64,000 nucleotides of DNA, from NCBI GenBank assembly GCA_041746255.1, contig JBGTHM010000005.1, forward strand, positions 64,001 to 128,000, in the 5' to 3' direction. The notes under the pieces were generated by a model. The model saw only the letters and a program-made list of their open reading frames with translations. It had not been told where the DNA came from and searched no databases. The stretch comes from Fibrobacteria bacterium (GTDB lineage: Bacteria; Fibrobacterota; Fibrobacteria; UBA11236). Positions 17,818 through 27,398 of this stretch are shown in pieces. Within the stretch, counting starts at the first letter, position 1; every line of letters starts with the position of its first letter. The translations under genes were made by a program, and so were the position numbers.

Positions 17818-18843
17818 TTAATAGGAGATAATCCTCGCAAGCTTGCCATTTCTGTCTAACAATCTTCCGTCCACCCGGAATTCGGAATTGCCCTCAAGTA
17901 ACGGCGTGAATCCCGGTCTAAGGGAGCGGCCAAGGGAAACTGAATAATTTCCGGTTTTGTATCCCCGGACCAGCATGGGAAGCCGGTATAGCCCTTTATT
18001 CGTGATGATAAAAAGGGTTTTGAAATCCGCTCCCCCGAAAGCGAGATTCGTCATTTGCTCTCCGGGAATCGATATTTTTCCGAGAGCTTCTCCTTTCGGC
18101 GAAAAGACGTGCACCGCCTGGCCGAATTGTACGGCATAAACATTGCCCAGTTCGTCCAGCACGACGCCATCGGCGCTCGGTACCGTCGCGAATTCATTGC
18201 GACTGCCTAAGGAGAAATCCTCCCTGACGGCATAAGCCGCAATTTTACCGTCCTGATTCTCCAAAACATACAGGATTTTCCGCTCCTCGTCCCATTCGAT
18301 GCCGTTGGGCTTGGGCCGATTGCTCAAAACCTCCCGAGTCTCCCCCGTAGCTGCGTCCCGGAAGAAAACGGAACGCCCGTTGAAGTTGGTAAAGAAGAGG
18401 TTGTCTTTTGAATCACCGGTCACGTCATTGAAATTTTCTCCGCTATTGGGGTACTTATAGAGAGTATCGGTTTGGTTATCGAAGGTTTCACCCGCCTTGA
18501 CCCGCACAATCGCTTTGGCCTGGCAGATGATGATTCGGTTTTGCGTATCCAGCCACATGCCATTGGGAGCGTCCGCGGCCTTGCGCCAGGGATGCGCGGT
18601 ATCCTCGCCTACTTTCAAACGCATGGTACGGTTATTGGAACCCATTTCATTGAAATAAACATTCCCCTGCCAATCCGCGACAACCCCTTCGCCGAAGACA
18701 GTGCCTCCGGCCCGCTTGGTCAATTCCGGAGTACCCGGCGCCGCCAACGAGGGTGGAAGGGTATGGAGGGTTTGAGCCAAGACGCCAACCGCACTTGCCA
18801 TCACCAAATACAGCGCCGATAAAGAATGCCGCGACATTTTCAT
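17818..18843 (-). CDS. Secreted SMP-30/gluconolactonase-family beta-propeller
   Basis: Signal peptide; FGEG, PNG, FND, ADG, TNLAFGG motifs; AGGAGA SD (alternative ATG 18837). Confidence 0.85.
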   Translation of the reverse strand: MKMSRHSLSALYLVMASAVGVLAQTLHTLPPSLAAPGTPELTKRAGGTVFGEGVVADWQGNVYFNEMGSNNRTMRLKVGEDTAHPWRKAADAPNGMWLDTQNRIIICQAKAIVRVKAGETFDNQTDTLYKYPNSGENFNDVTGDSKDNLFFTNFNGRSVFFRDAATGETREVLSNRPKPNGIEWDEERKILYVLENQDGKIAAYAVREDFSLGSRNEFATVPSADGVVLDELGNVYAVQFGQAVHVFSPKGEALGKISIPGEQMTNLAFGGADFKTLFIITNKGLYRLPMLVRGYKTGNYSVSLGRSLRPGFTPLLEGNSEFRVDGRLLDRNGKLARIISY

Positions 18844-18928
18844 TCTCCTGTTTATGGTTTTAAATATAAACGCATTCGGGATTACAGACATCAGGTTTGC
18901 ATGGACTTTTAAATGGTATTTTATGCAA

Positions 18929-19801
18929 ATGGCCAATCCCAAGCGCAGTCGCCCGGAAAACACGGCAGGAGATTTCTACGTCGATGACACCTGCATCGAT
19001 TGCGACACCTGCCGATGGCTGGCGCCGGCAACCTTCCTTCGGGCCGGCGAATTTTCTGCGGTGGGCCGACAACCCGCCACCTCCACTGAAAGAGAGCTTG
19101 CCCTCCAGGCTGCGGTGGCCTGTCCCACCGCTTCCATTGGCACCCACTCTCCTGCTTCGGAGCTGCCGTCCATAAGACGAGCCTTCCCACTTCCTCTGGA
19201 AGACAACGTATTTTACTGCGGCTATCATTCCCGTAAATCGTTCGGCGCGGCGAGCTATTTCATTCAACGTGATGAGGGTAATATTCTCGTCGATTCCCCC
19301 CGCTTTTCTCCCGTGTTGGCGGAACGTTTGGAGTCGATGGGCGGTGTGCGCTACTTTTATCTCACGCATGGAGATGACGTAGCCGACCACGAGGCCTGGC
19401 GCGATCGCTTCGGATGCGAACGTATTATGCACAAGTGGGACGCTAATGTCGAAACCCTCGGCTTGGAAATCCTGTTGCAGGACGAACAGCCCTATGCGCT
19501 GGCCGAGGATTTGCTTATCCTCCCCGTGCCCGGCCACACCCGCGGGAGTACGGTGCTTTTGTATCGAGACAAATTTATTTTCACCGGCGACCACCTCGCC
19601 TACTCCATACGCCTGAAACATCTCTACGCCTTCCGCACCGCCTGCTGGTATTCGTGGGAGAAGCAAATCCTATCCATGGAAACCCTGCTGAAATACCGCT
19701 TCGAATGGGTTCTTCCCGGCCATGGAAGGCGCTACCATGCGAATGCCGAAGAAATTTCCCGGCAAATGGGTCTTTGTATCGAATGGATGAAATCCCGGTA
19801 A
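18929..19801 (+). CDS. Ferredoxin-fused MBL-fold metallo-hydrolase
   Basis: CIDCDTC...CPT ferredoxin; THGDDVADH, PGHT, FTGDH, LPGHG. Confidence 0.85.
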   Translation: MANPKRSRPENTAGDFYVDDTCIDCDTCRWLAPATFLRAGEFSAVGRQPATSTERELALQAAVACPTASIGTHSPASELPSIRRAFPLPLEDNVFYCGYHSRKSFGAASYFIQRDEGNILVDSPRFSPVLAERLESMGGVRYFYLTHGDDVADHEAWRDRFGCERIMHKWDANVETLGLEILLQDEQPYALAEDLLILPVPGHTRGSTVLLYRDKFIFTGDHLAYSIRLKHLYAFRTACWYSWEKQILSMETLLKYRFEWVLPGHGRRYHANAEEISRQMGLCIEWMKSR

Positions 19802-19911
19802 AAACCAATTTTTGGATTTGAACACTTTGGATAATGGTTTTAAATACAAAGTGAAATGAACAGCCTACCATTTGGATCCAAGGCTGAAAATTTCTAGGAG
19901 GGGAAAATAGC

Positions 19912-20307
19912 ATGCGTAACTCTTACAAACCGGAGAATTACAACTCCGTATCACCCTATTTTGTAGTTAATGGCGCCCAAAGGTTTATCGACCTGCTCAA
20001 ATCAATTTTTGGTGCTGAAGAATTAAGACGCTATGATAACACCGACCGTAGCATTATGCATGCCGAGGTCCGCATCGACGATTCCGTTATCATGGTAGGC
20101 GACGCCTCCGCCCAATATCCTGCGAATTCATTGCTGACGCACATTTACGTGCCGGATGTGGATGTCGTATTCCGAAATGCCATGGAAGCCGGCTGCGAGT
20201 CTTTGGATACGCCGAGTAAAAAAGAGGGAGATCCCGACAAAAGAGGTTCATTCAAAGATTTTTCAGGGAATACCTGGTCCATCGCCACTCAAGTTTCTCC
20301 CCAATGA
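19912..20307 (+). CDS. VOC/glyoxalase (PhnB-like) protein
   Basis: SVSPYFVV...IMHAEVRIDDSVIMVGD...RGSFKDFSGNTWSI. Confidence 0.85.
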   Translation: MRNSYKPENYNSVSPYFVVNGAQRFIDLLKSIFGAEELRRYDNTDRSIMHAEVRIDDSVIMVGDASAQYPANSLLTHIYVPDVDVVFRNAMEAGCESLDTPSKKEGDPDKRGSFKDFSGNTWSIATQVSPQ

Positions 20308-21014
20308 CGGATATCATACTGGCATTTGTCCCGGGAGCCGGACTTGATGCTTCGATATGGGAAAAATTGACCCCGTACCTGAATTTTAAACAGGCCTACC
20401 TGGATTATCCCAATCGCGGAAATGCTCCAGCGACAAACAGGCGTTTATCCTTACAAGATTACTACTCAACCTTGTTACGACAATTGGAGGATTTCCCGAA
20501 TGCGAAAATTCTCCTTGTCGCCCACTCGCTGGGTGGAATTTTCATCAACAAGCTGGCCTCGGAATTAAATGAGAGGTTGATTGGTATCGTGGCCATTGGT
20601 GCCATCATTCCGGATGAGAACCATTCATTTTTATCGGAGTTTCACGGTGTACAACGATTTATCATGCGGGTAATAATGCGTTTGGCGGGCACACGGCCTC
20701 CTGCCTCGCAAATAAAAAGCGGACTTTGCAACGACCTTAAAGGCGAAATGGCGGATAAAATCGTGAGCCGATTCACGCCGGAATCCATTGCGGTTTACAC
20801 GGAAAAAATCACCTACCCAATTCCGCTCAAGCCTTGTCTTTTTATTTTGCTTACGAATGATAAGAGCGTTTCGGTGAGTCGGCAAAAATTATCCGCGGAG
20901 AAGTTCCGGGAAGCGCAAATCCACAGTCTCGACTCCGGGCATCTTCCCATGCTGAGCCAACCGGAAAAACTAGCGGGCCTACTGAATGATTTCACGCGAT
21001 CCTTGACGGTGTAA
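20304..21014 (+). CDS. Alpha/beta hydrolase
   Basis: FVPGAG, AHSLGG nucleophile elbow, D (NDKSV), SGHLPM. Confidence 0.85.
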   Translation: MTDIILAFVPGAGLDASIWEKLTPYLNFKQAYLDYPNRGNAPATNRRLSLQDYYSTLLRQLEDFPNAKILLVAHSLGGIFINKLASELNERLIGIVAIGAIIPDENHSFLSEFHGVQRFIMRVIMRLAGTRPPASQIKSGLCNDLKGEMADKIVSRFTPESIAVYTEKITYPIPLKPCLFILLTNDKSVSVSRQKLSAEKFREAQIHSLDSGHLPMLSQPEKLAGLLNDFTRSLTV

Positions 21015-21025
21015 AGAAATCCGTT

Positions 21026-21607
21026 TCACATCGCCGCGGAAACTCCCTTTTCAGATGCGGGAACCGACCAATCGTAAACGGGTGGGAGGGGTTTGGAACC
21101 CAATAGCCTGGCCACACCCGCCAAGCCGGTCATGATCGCCCGCCCGATGGCGGATGCCGGAGTCGAAGACTGATGCTCATCGGCTTGTACGAAAACCTGC
21201 CCGGTCATTCCCAACGTCAAGGCCGGCGATCGGCCGCTGTCACGTGTCATAACCGCCAACGGAATGAATAAATCCTCCATACGAGGCCCGTCCAAGGTAA
21301 CTTCGACCACAACCGGCTGTTTTCCGAAATTCTTGAATCGATGGCGCTTCCGGGGTGGAATCGACACGCTCATGCCTGGGCCGTAGTCGACCCTTTTCCC
21401 TTCGATCCAAATGGTAAGCGCGCCTTCCAAAACCTTGAATGACTCGGTTTCGTATTCGTGAAAATGTTCTCCGGGCCCCGTCTTACCCGGCCCCAAGGTC
21501 CAGGTAAAGCGGAATAATTTCTCCTCCGAACGGAACGAATTCCGGAAAAGAAAATGCTCGCCGGTGGCGGGCATGGCGACTGTAAGGGCTTGATTGTCTA
21601 GCTTCAT
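21026..21607 (-). CDS. Cupin-domain protein
   Basis: HFHEYETESFKVLEG...IPPRKRHRFKN. Confidence 0.85.
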   Translation of the reverse strand: MKLDNQALTVAMPATGEHFLFRNSFRSEEKLFRFTWTLGPGKTGPGEHFHEYETESFKVLEGALTIWIEGKRVDYGPGMSVSIPPRKRHRFKNFGKQPVVVEVTLDGPRMEDLFIPLAVMTRDSGRSPALTLGMTGQVFVQADEHQSSTPASAIGRAIMTGLAGVARLLGSKPLPPVYDWSVPASEKGVSAAM

Positions 21608-21630
21608 AATGTTACATATAGTAACTTATG
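21605..21630. promoter_or_regulatory. Inverted repeat, putative TetR operator
   Basis: CATAA-T-GTTAC-ATATA-GTAAC-TTATG spans the 20-bp gap and both divergent ATGs. Confidence 0.65.
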
Positions 21631-22344
21631 TCCCCATCCCCTGTCAAACGGAATTTCCGCGTTCGCAAAAACCCCGAATCATTCCACCATGGCGATTTAC
21701 GCGAAGCGGCCATCCATCTCGCCGTAAAAGACGTCGAAACCCGGGGCCATACCCATGTTTCGCTGGAGCGTCTGGCCAAAAACCTGGGAGTTACCCGCCC
21801 CGCGCTCTACCGCCATTTCGCCGATCGCGACGCCCTGCTCGAGGCCGCCGCCCTGCGTGGCCTGGAACGATTCGAAAAAGCCCTGGAAGCGCCGCTCCTT
21901 TTGGCTCCCGACCCATGGAGGGCCATTCACGACTGCGGCTACGCCTACGTCCGCTTCGCTTGGGAAAACCCGGGTTGGTTTCGCTTGCAATTTTCACGGG
22001 AGCAAACCGAAAGGCGTCCCTCTCATCTGATGACGCGCCGTCCGGCTTATGCACCGCTGCTGCTCAAAGCCGTTTCCGACAAATTTGGAAATGACAATCC
22101 GGAAACCGACGATGTGTTCCGTGTCCTTTGGGCCGAGGTGCATGGTCTCGCGGTGTTGGTGGTGGAACGCGTTTTTCAACTGGTGGATACCGACACGGAA
22201 AGGTTAGTGGCGGCCGAAAGGGCGATATCCATATTGGTAGAGGCCTTTCATGCCTATTCTAAAAACAAAGTGGGGCGACTGGGACTGGCGCCGTCCCAGC
22301 CCATGCCCGGTTTCTCGAGCTTGGTAAAGGGAAAGGCGCCCTGA
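21628..22344 (+). CDS. TetR/AcrR-family regulator
   Basis: FHHGDLR...SLERLAKNLGVTRPALYRHF; WAEVHG (WHG-type C-terminus). Confidence 0.9.
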   Translation: MSPSPVKRNFRVRKNPESFHHGDLREAAIHLAVKDVETRGHTHVSLERLAKNLGVTRPALYRHFADRDALLEAAALRGLERFEKALEAPLLLAPDPWRAIHDCGYAYVRFAWENPGWFRLQFSREQTERRPSHLMTRRPAYAPLLLKAVSDKFGNDNPETDDVFRVLWAEVHGLAVLVVERVFQLVDTDTERLVAAERAISILVEAFHAYSKNKVGRLGLAPSQPMPGFSSLVKGKAP

Positions 22345-22477
22345 CCTCAATACCGAATCCTGGGTTGTTGGTATTTTATCTTTGACCAACCCCGTAAAAC
22401 TCTTGTGGGTTAACGGTTTCCGCACCTATCTTAAAGTCTGCTCCGCGAAGATAAGCGGATTAAAGGATTTAAGAGGC

Positions 22478-24439
22478 ATGACTCCCACCCAAAAAGCCAC
22501 CCCCGCCACTGTCGCATACGGAAGCTGGCCTTCCACCATTTCCGCCGAAAGCCTGGCGCGTTCCACCTTGGGGCTGGGACAAATCCAGGTGACCGAAGAC
22601 GGCCTATTCTGGCTGGAGAGCCGCCCTGCCGAGGGGGGAAGGCAGGTGGTGGTAAAAGCCGGCATGGGAGAAGAGGGGAAAGAAAGCGAAGATATGTTCT
22701 CCGACCCGTACAATGCCCGCAATAAGGTGCATGAATACGGCGGAGGTGATTTCCTGGTTCATCGAGGGGTTCTCTATTTCACCCATCAATCCGACCAGCG
22801 CATTTACCGCGTGGATCATAGCCGCGCCCCCCAGGCCATAACCCCCGAAGGACCCTTCCGCTATGCGGATTTGGCGGTGGACGAATTGCGTGAGCGCCTC
22901 CTCGCGGTCCGCGAGGAGCACCATGGCCGGGGCGAGCCGCATAATAGCCTGGTCGCCTTGCCGTTGGCGGGAGACGCGCCCCCCGCCGTTCTAGCGCATG
23001 GATGCGATTTCTACGCCTGCCCCCGCATCAGCCCCGACGGCCACCACCTTTCGTGGCTGTCTTGGAACCATCCCGATATGCCTTGGGACGGTTGCGAACT
23101 TTATGTCGCTGAACTGAATCCGGGCGGAGATCCCGGAGCCATCCATCATGTCGCCGGTAGCCGCGAGGAGTCCATCTTCCAGCCACAATGGTCGCCGGAT
23201 AACCGGCTTCATTTCGTTTCTGATCGTACGGGATGGTGGAACCTGTTCGTTTGGGATGGAAAAAAATCCCGCAATCTCTGCCCCATGGAAGCCGAATTCG
23301 CGTTGCCGCAATGGGTATTCGGACAATCCACTTACGCCTTCGTGGGCGACGAATCCATCCTTTCCGCCTACAACCAGGGAGGCCGATGGACGCTTTGTCT
23401 CCTGAACCGTCAGGGCGGAAAGCGTCAAGATTTCGATTTGCCCTTCTCCCAAATAGAAAGTGTACGGGCCGACGCCGTCACCGGATATTTCATCGCATCT
23501 TCTCCGACATGCTTCCCCGGGATTTGCGCCCTCAACCTTTCCAACGGAAAGTTACGCCTGATCAAATCCTCACTGACCGACTTTCACATCGATGGCGGCT
23601 CCGATCAATGGGCCCTTCCGGAACCCATCGACTTTTTAGGTTATGATGGGCAATTATCACATGCATGGTTTGTACCGCCGCATAACCCGCACTACCAGGG
23701 ACCTAAGGGAGAATCGCCTCCGCTCATAGTCAAAGTGCACAGCGGGCCAACCGCCGCCACCTCCACGGGGCTGGATTTGGGCGTACAATTCTGGACTTCG
23801 CGAGGCTTCGCTGTTTTATCCGTCGACTATGGGGGAAGCACGGGTTATGGTCGCTCCTACCGGCAAAGGCTTGACGGCCTTTGGGGCCGCGTGGATGCGG
23901 AAGACTGTTTGCTGGCCGCCCTGTATCTTCAGCAAGCCGGTCGCGTGGACGGCGGTAAAATGGCCATTACCGGCAATAGCGCAGGGGGGTTCACGGCTTT
24001 GTCCGCCTTGGCTTTTCATAAGGGCTTCAGTGCGGGAACCAGCCTTTACGGCGTCGCGGATTTGGAAGCCTTGGCCCATGATACGCACAAATTCGAAGCG
24101 CATTATCTCGATCGGCTGGTGGCTCCCTATCCTGCCGGAGAAGCCGTCTACCGGGAGCGTTCACCCTTGCATCATGCGCAGGGGATAACCTGCCCGGTAC
24201 TGCTGTTGCAGGGTCTGGAGGACAAGGTCGTACCTCCCGCCCAATCCGATGCCATGTTTCGAATACTGCGCGAAAAAGGCCTTCCTGTCGCCTATTTACG
24301 TTTCGAAGGGGAAGGACACGGTTTCAAACTTCCCGCAAACCGCAAAAAGGCCCGGGATGCTGAACTCTATTTTTACCGCCGCATCTTCGGATTGCATGAT
24401 CCGGATGGCCTCGAACCGCTTGTAATTGAAAATTTTTGA
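22478..24439 (+). CDS. S9-family (acylaminoacyl/dipeptidyl) peptidase
   Basis: YGSWPS N-terminus; GNSAGG, EDKVVP, EGHGF catalytic triad. Confidence 0.9.
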   Translation: MTPTQKATPATVAYGSWPSTISAESLARSTLGLGQIQVTEDGLFWLESRPAEGGRQVVVKAGMGEEGKESEDMFSDPYNARNKVHEYGGGDFLVHRGVLYFTHQSDQRIYRVDHSRAPQAITPEGPFRYADLAVDELRERLLAVREEHHGRGEPHNSLVALPLAGDAPPAVLAHGCDFYACPRISPDGHHLSWLSWNHPDMPWDGCELYVAELNPGGDPGAIHHVAGSREESIFQPQWSPDNRLHFVSDRTGWWNLFVWDGKKSRNLCPMEAEFALPQWVFGQSTYAFVGDESILSAYNQGGRWTLCLLNRQGGKRQDFDLPFSQIESVRADAVTGYFIASSPTCFPGICALNLSNGKLRLIKSSLTDFHIDGGSDQWALPEPIDFLGYDGQLSHAWFVPPHNPHYQGPKGESPPLIVKVHSGPTAATSTGLDLGVQFWTSRGFAVLSVDYGGSTGYGRSYRQRLDGLWGRVDAEDCLLAALYLQQAGRVDGGKMAITGNSAGGFTALSALAFHKGFSAGTSLYGVADLEALAHDTHKFEAHYLDRLVAPYPAGEAVYRERSPLHHAQGITCPVLLLQGLEDKVVPPAQSDAMFRILREKGLPVAYLRFEGEGHGFKLPANRKKARDAELYFYRRIFGLHDPDGLEPLVIENF

Positions 24440-24618
24440 AATTTGTAAATCCGGGAATTATGAAAAGGTCATTAAATATTGATTTCCACTTGGAAAGGGG
24501 GTAACCTTAACTTCATTGTATCGTGTCGGTAATCATAACGGGTTGACAGCAGGGCCGGAATTCGGTCGGCGGAATAATTGTCTTATTAAAAATTATCCTG
24601 GCCTAGAAAAAACAACTC

Positions 24619-26307
24619 ATGCCCAACCTTCTGCTTATCACCTCCATCGACGAAGAAGCCGCCATTCTTCAACTCGCCTTGAAAAGCCGCAACTTCTCCG
24701 TGAGCCACCTTAATCCGCCGGTAACCAGCCCACTCCAATGCCTACTTTTTAAACCCGACATCATTCTGATGGAAATCGGCCAAAGCTACCTGCTTCAATG
24801 CAGTATCATCCAAGCCATGTCGAACGAAAAGCGGTCGCGTCATATTCCGATTCTCGCGTTTGGGCGGGGAGCAGACAATCCTACCGTCTTTCGTTCCATC
24901 ACCCAAAGCGGAGCGCGGGAATTTTTTCCACGTCCCTTGAAGATATCCGATGTGAGTAGGCTGCTCGAAGCGCATCTCCCTAAGCTTAAAGGCGAGGACA
25001 AGCCGCTTCCCGTACCGGTAGATCAAGACCAGGATATGGCCCGAATCCTCGGAGACGATCTCAGTACCGTGCAAAAACTGGACCTGATGGTGAGCCATGT
25101 GGGAAAGCTCATGGCCTTCCCATTTACCGCCGCGGCGGTAACCCGCGTGGCCGACGACCCCATGAGCGGTGCGGCCAAGTTGTCCCAGGTCATCTCCCAG
25201 GACCAGGCCATTTCGGCAACCATACTCAAAATTTCCAATTCGGTATTCTGTGCCGGTAGGGGCAAGCCCACCACCGACATCCGGGAGGCGGTGGTACGCA
25301 TCGGATTTTCCGCCACCCGTAATATTGCCTTAAGCCTTTCGGTCCTCAACCTGCTTGACGACCGAGGCAAACAGGCGGGATTCGATAGAAGCGACCTTTG
25401 GTATCAATCCCTGGCCTGTGGACTTATCGCGGAAAAATTGGCGCGCAATGTCGGGTATCCGAGCCCTTCCGAAGCGTTCATCGCCGGATTGCTCCATGAC
25501 TTCGGAGCGCTGTTACTGGACGAATTTTTCGGAGACATTTTCACGCAAGTCATGGTGCGCTCGAGCTCGGGACATCCCGCCTTGAATTGCGAAAAGGAGC
25601 TGTTAGGATTCGATCACAACGATTTGGTGGATAAACTATTTGAGCAATGGCGCATTCCCGCGAACCTCGGCTTCGCCATAAAGCACCGCGCCACTTTCCT
25701 GGAGGTGGATACCCGCGCCAATCCATCCCAGGGACAACTCACCCGGCTCTTGGGAACTTCCTCATTGCTGGCCAAAGCCGCCCATCTCGGCAGGTGCTGC
25801 GACGCATTTTTACATCCCGTTCCGGTGACGGTACTAAAGGAATTGAAAATCGAGCTAGGGCTGCACCGAACCTTCATGAACGACATCTATCCACTCATGG
25901 ATCAATATTGCAGTTTGCTTAGCATGGAAAAACGCATCGCCGCTAAACCTCTGGCCGGACGCGCTGTGCAATTTGGTTTATGCGATTTGGTGAAATCGAG
26001 CTTCGAGCCTCATTTATTCTATATGCACATGCGCGGTTACGGTGTCACCGAGTTGGGAGCGGCCGAAACCACGGAGGAAAACCTGGACATGCTCGTCCTC
26101 AACGTGGATAAGCAGGGAAGCGACGACACCTTCCTGAAATTGATGTATTCCGGGGATAATCCTGGGGCCTTCAAACCCTTGCTGGTCTTCGCCGAAGCCA
26201 AAGAATACCGCCCCTCCCTGCCCGAGGGCGCCCGTTTCGAAGTTTTACCTAAAAATATCGATACCCGCACAATCGATGCCGGTATAGAAAAACTTCTGGC
26301 CGTCTAG
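24619..26307 (+). CDS. HDOD-domain signalling protein with pseudo-receiver domain
   Basis: REC-like N-terminus (KPDIILMEI); DQAISATILKISNS, AVVRIG, AGLLHDFG, WRIP HDOD motifs. Confidence 0.8.
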   Translation: MPNLLLITSIDEEAAILQLALKSRNFSVSHLNPPVTSPLQCLLFKPDIILMEIGQSYLLQCSIIQAMSNEKRSRHIPILAFGRGADNPTVFRSITQSGAREFFPRPLKISDVSRLLEAHLPKLKGEDKPLPVPVDQDQDMARILGDDLSTVQKLDLMVSHVGKLMAFPFTAAAVTRVADDPMSGAAKLSQVISQDQAISATILKISNSVFCAGRGKPTTDIREAVVRIGFSATRNIALSLSVLNLLDDRGKQAGFDRSDLWYQSLACGLIAEKLARNVGYPSPSEAFIAGLLHDFGALLLDEFFGDIFTQVMVRSSSGHPALNCEKELLGFDHNDLVDKLFEQWRIPANLGFAIKHRATFLEVDTRANPSQGQLTRLLGTSSLLAKAAHLGRCCDAFLHPVPVTVLKELKIELGLHRTFMNDIYPLMDQYCSLLSMEKRIAAKPLAGRAVQFGLCDLVKSSFEPHLFYMHMRGYGVTELGAAETTEENLDMLVLNVDKQGSDDTFLKLMYSGDNPGAFKPLLVFAEAKEYRPSLPEGARFEVLPKNIDTRTIDAGIEKLLAV

Positions 26308-27398
26308 AATTCCGATTTTATGATCCTCCGGGAACGGCTTTCCCGGAAAATCGCCCACCCTTGGCAGAGCACAACCAAGCCGATCAGCACCACATCGCCC
26401 TGCCATGAGCTGTCGAAAGGCCGTACCCCCAACGATACGACCCATAGCGCCAAAATCAGGAGATGGAGAACGTAAACCTGCAGGCTTTTTCTTCCCATGG
26501 CGAAGGCTTGTCCCGCTATTCGGGAATGGAAACGTCTCAAGGCATGGAGTCCCGCATAGAGCAGGCAGCACAACCCGATAATCATAGGCATCAAAGCGGG
26601 ACGAAGGTTGTAATAGGCGACATTTTTGGCTGGCCCCCAAAACCCCGCGGGCATCTCGCGGACATAGCCATAGCGCCCCAGAGGTTTCGAAAAAAGCGCT
26701 TCGAACGAATGCATCCAAAGGGAGCCGGCCACCAGGAAAAAACCTGCGATGAGTATCACCCGAGCCGCCTTATCGGGATTTTTACGGGAATGCAAAACTC
26801 CCAGGGCGCCCAGCACTGTGAATATCAATAGCGGCAGCCAGGGGCTATTTCCGGAAGTGAGCATGAAGATCTCCCGCCGGGTAACATCCAAATAAAGGTA
26901 CAAGGCCGTTCCGGACATCGCGGTAATCCACAACGAGATCTGCGGATGGTTGGAACTCACCGGAAGCGAAATCAGAATCAAAGCGAACGCGATGGTAACC
27001 AGAATCCCGCTGGATAGGAGCGCATCCGGGAGATAAAATCCATGCTCGAGCGCGAAAAAGAGGGACGACAACGCGAACAACCCGGCCGCCCGACGCATCG
27101 TTCGTTTTAGCCAATCACCGCGCCCGGCCGATCCGTGCGCCATCCAGGATCGCGCCAATGCGGCTCCCACCAGCAGAAGAAAGAGGGACGCCGTGAGGGG
27201 TTCGATGAGCATGGCCAAATCACTCCACCATCGACGCGCATCTTTCTCAATCAGCCTGGTTGTATGCGAAGCCATCATCAGAAGAATCGCGACGGTGCGC
27301 AGCGCATCCAGGGAGTGATCCCTCCTTTTTGCGCCTGTCACCGACGACTCCCATTCGCTTCGCGACGCAGTTTTCACAAGGTCGGACGGCTTATCCAT
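26304..27398 (-). CDS. DUF1624/HGSNAT-like membrane acyltransferase
   Basis: R..SLDALRTVAILLMMASH; MGRKSLQVYVLH; multiple TM helices. Confidence 0.75.
   Translation of the reverse strand: MDKPSDLVKTASRSEWESSVTGAKRRDHSLDALRTVAILLMMASHTTRLIEKDARRWWSDLAMLIEPLTASLFLLLVGAALARSWMAHGSAGRGDWLKRTMRRAAGLFALSSLFFALEHGFYLPDALLSSGILVTIAFALILISLPVSSNHPQISLWITAMSGTALYLYLDVTRREIFMLTSGNSPWLPLLIFTVLGALGVLHSRKNPDKAARVILIAGFFLVAGSLWMHSFEALFSKPLGRYGYVREMPAGFWGPAKNVAYYNLRPALMPMIIGLCCLLYAGLHALRRFHSRIAGQAFAMGRKSLQVYVLHLLILALWVVSLGVRPFDSSWQGDVVLIGLVVLCQGWAIFRESRSRRIIKSEF

Noticed and set aside
19800..21020. AT-richer VOC/hydrolase pair as a mobile element
   Set aside because: Composition hints at acquisition, but no transposase, integrase or terminal repeats were seen.
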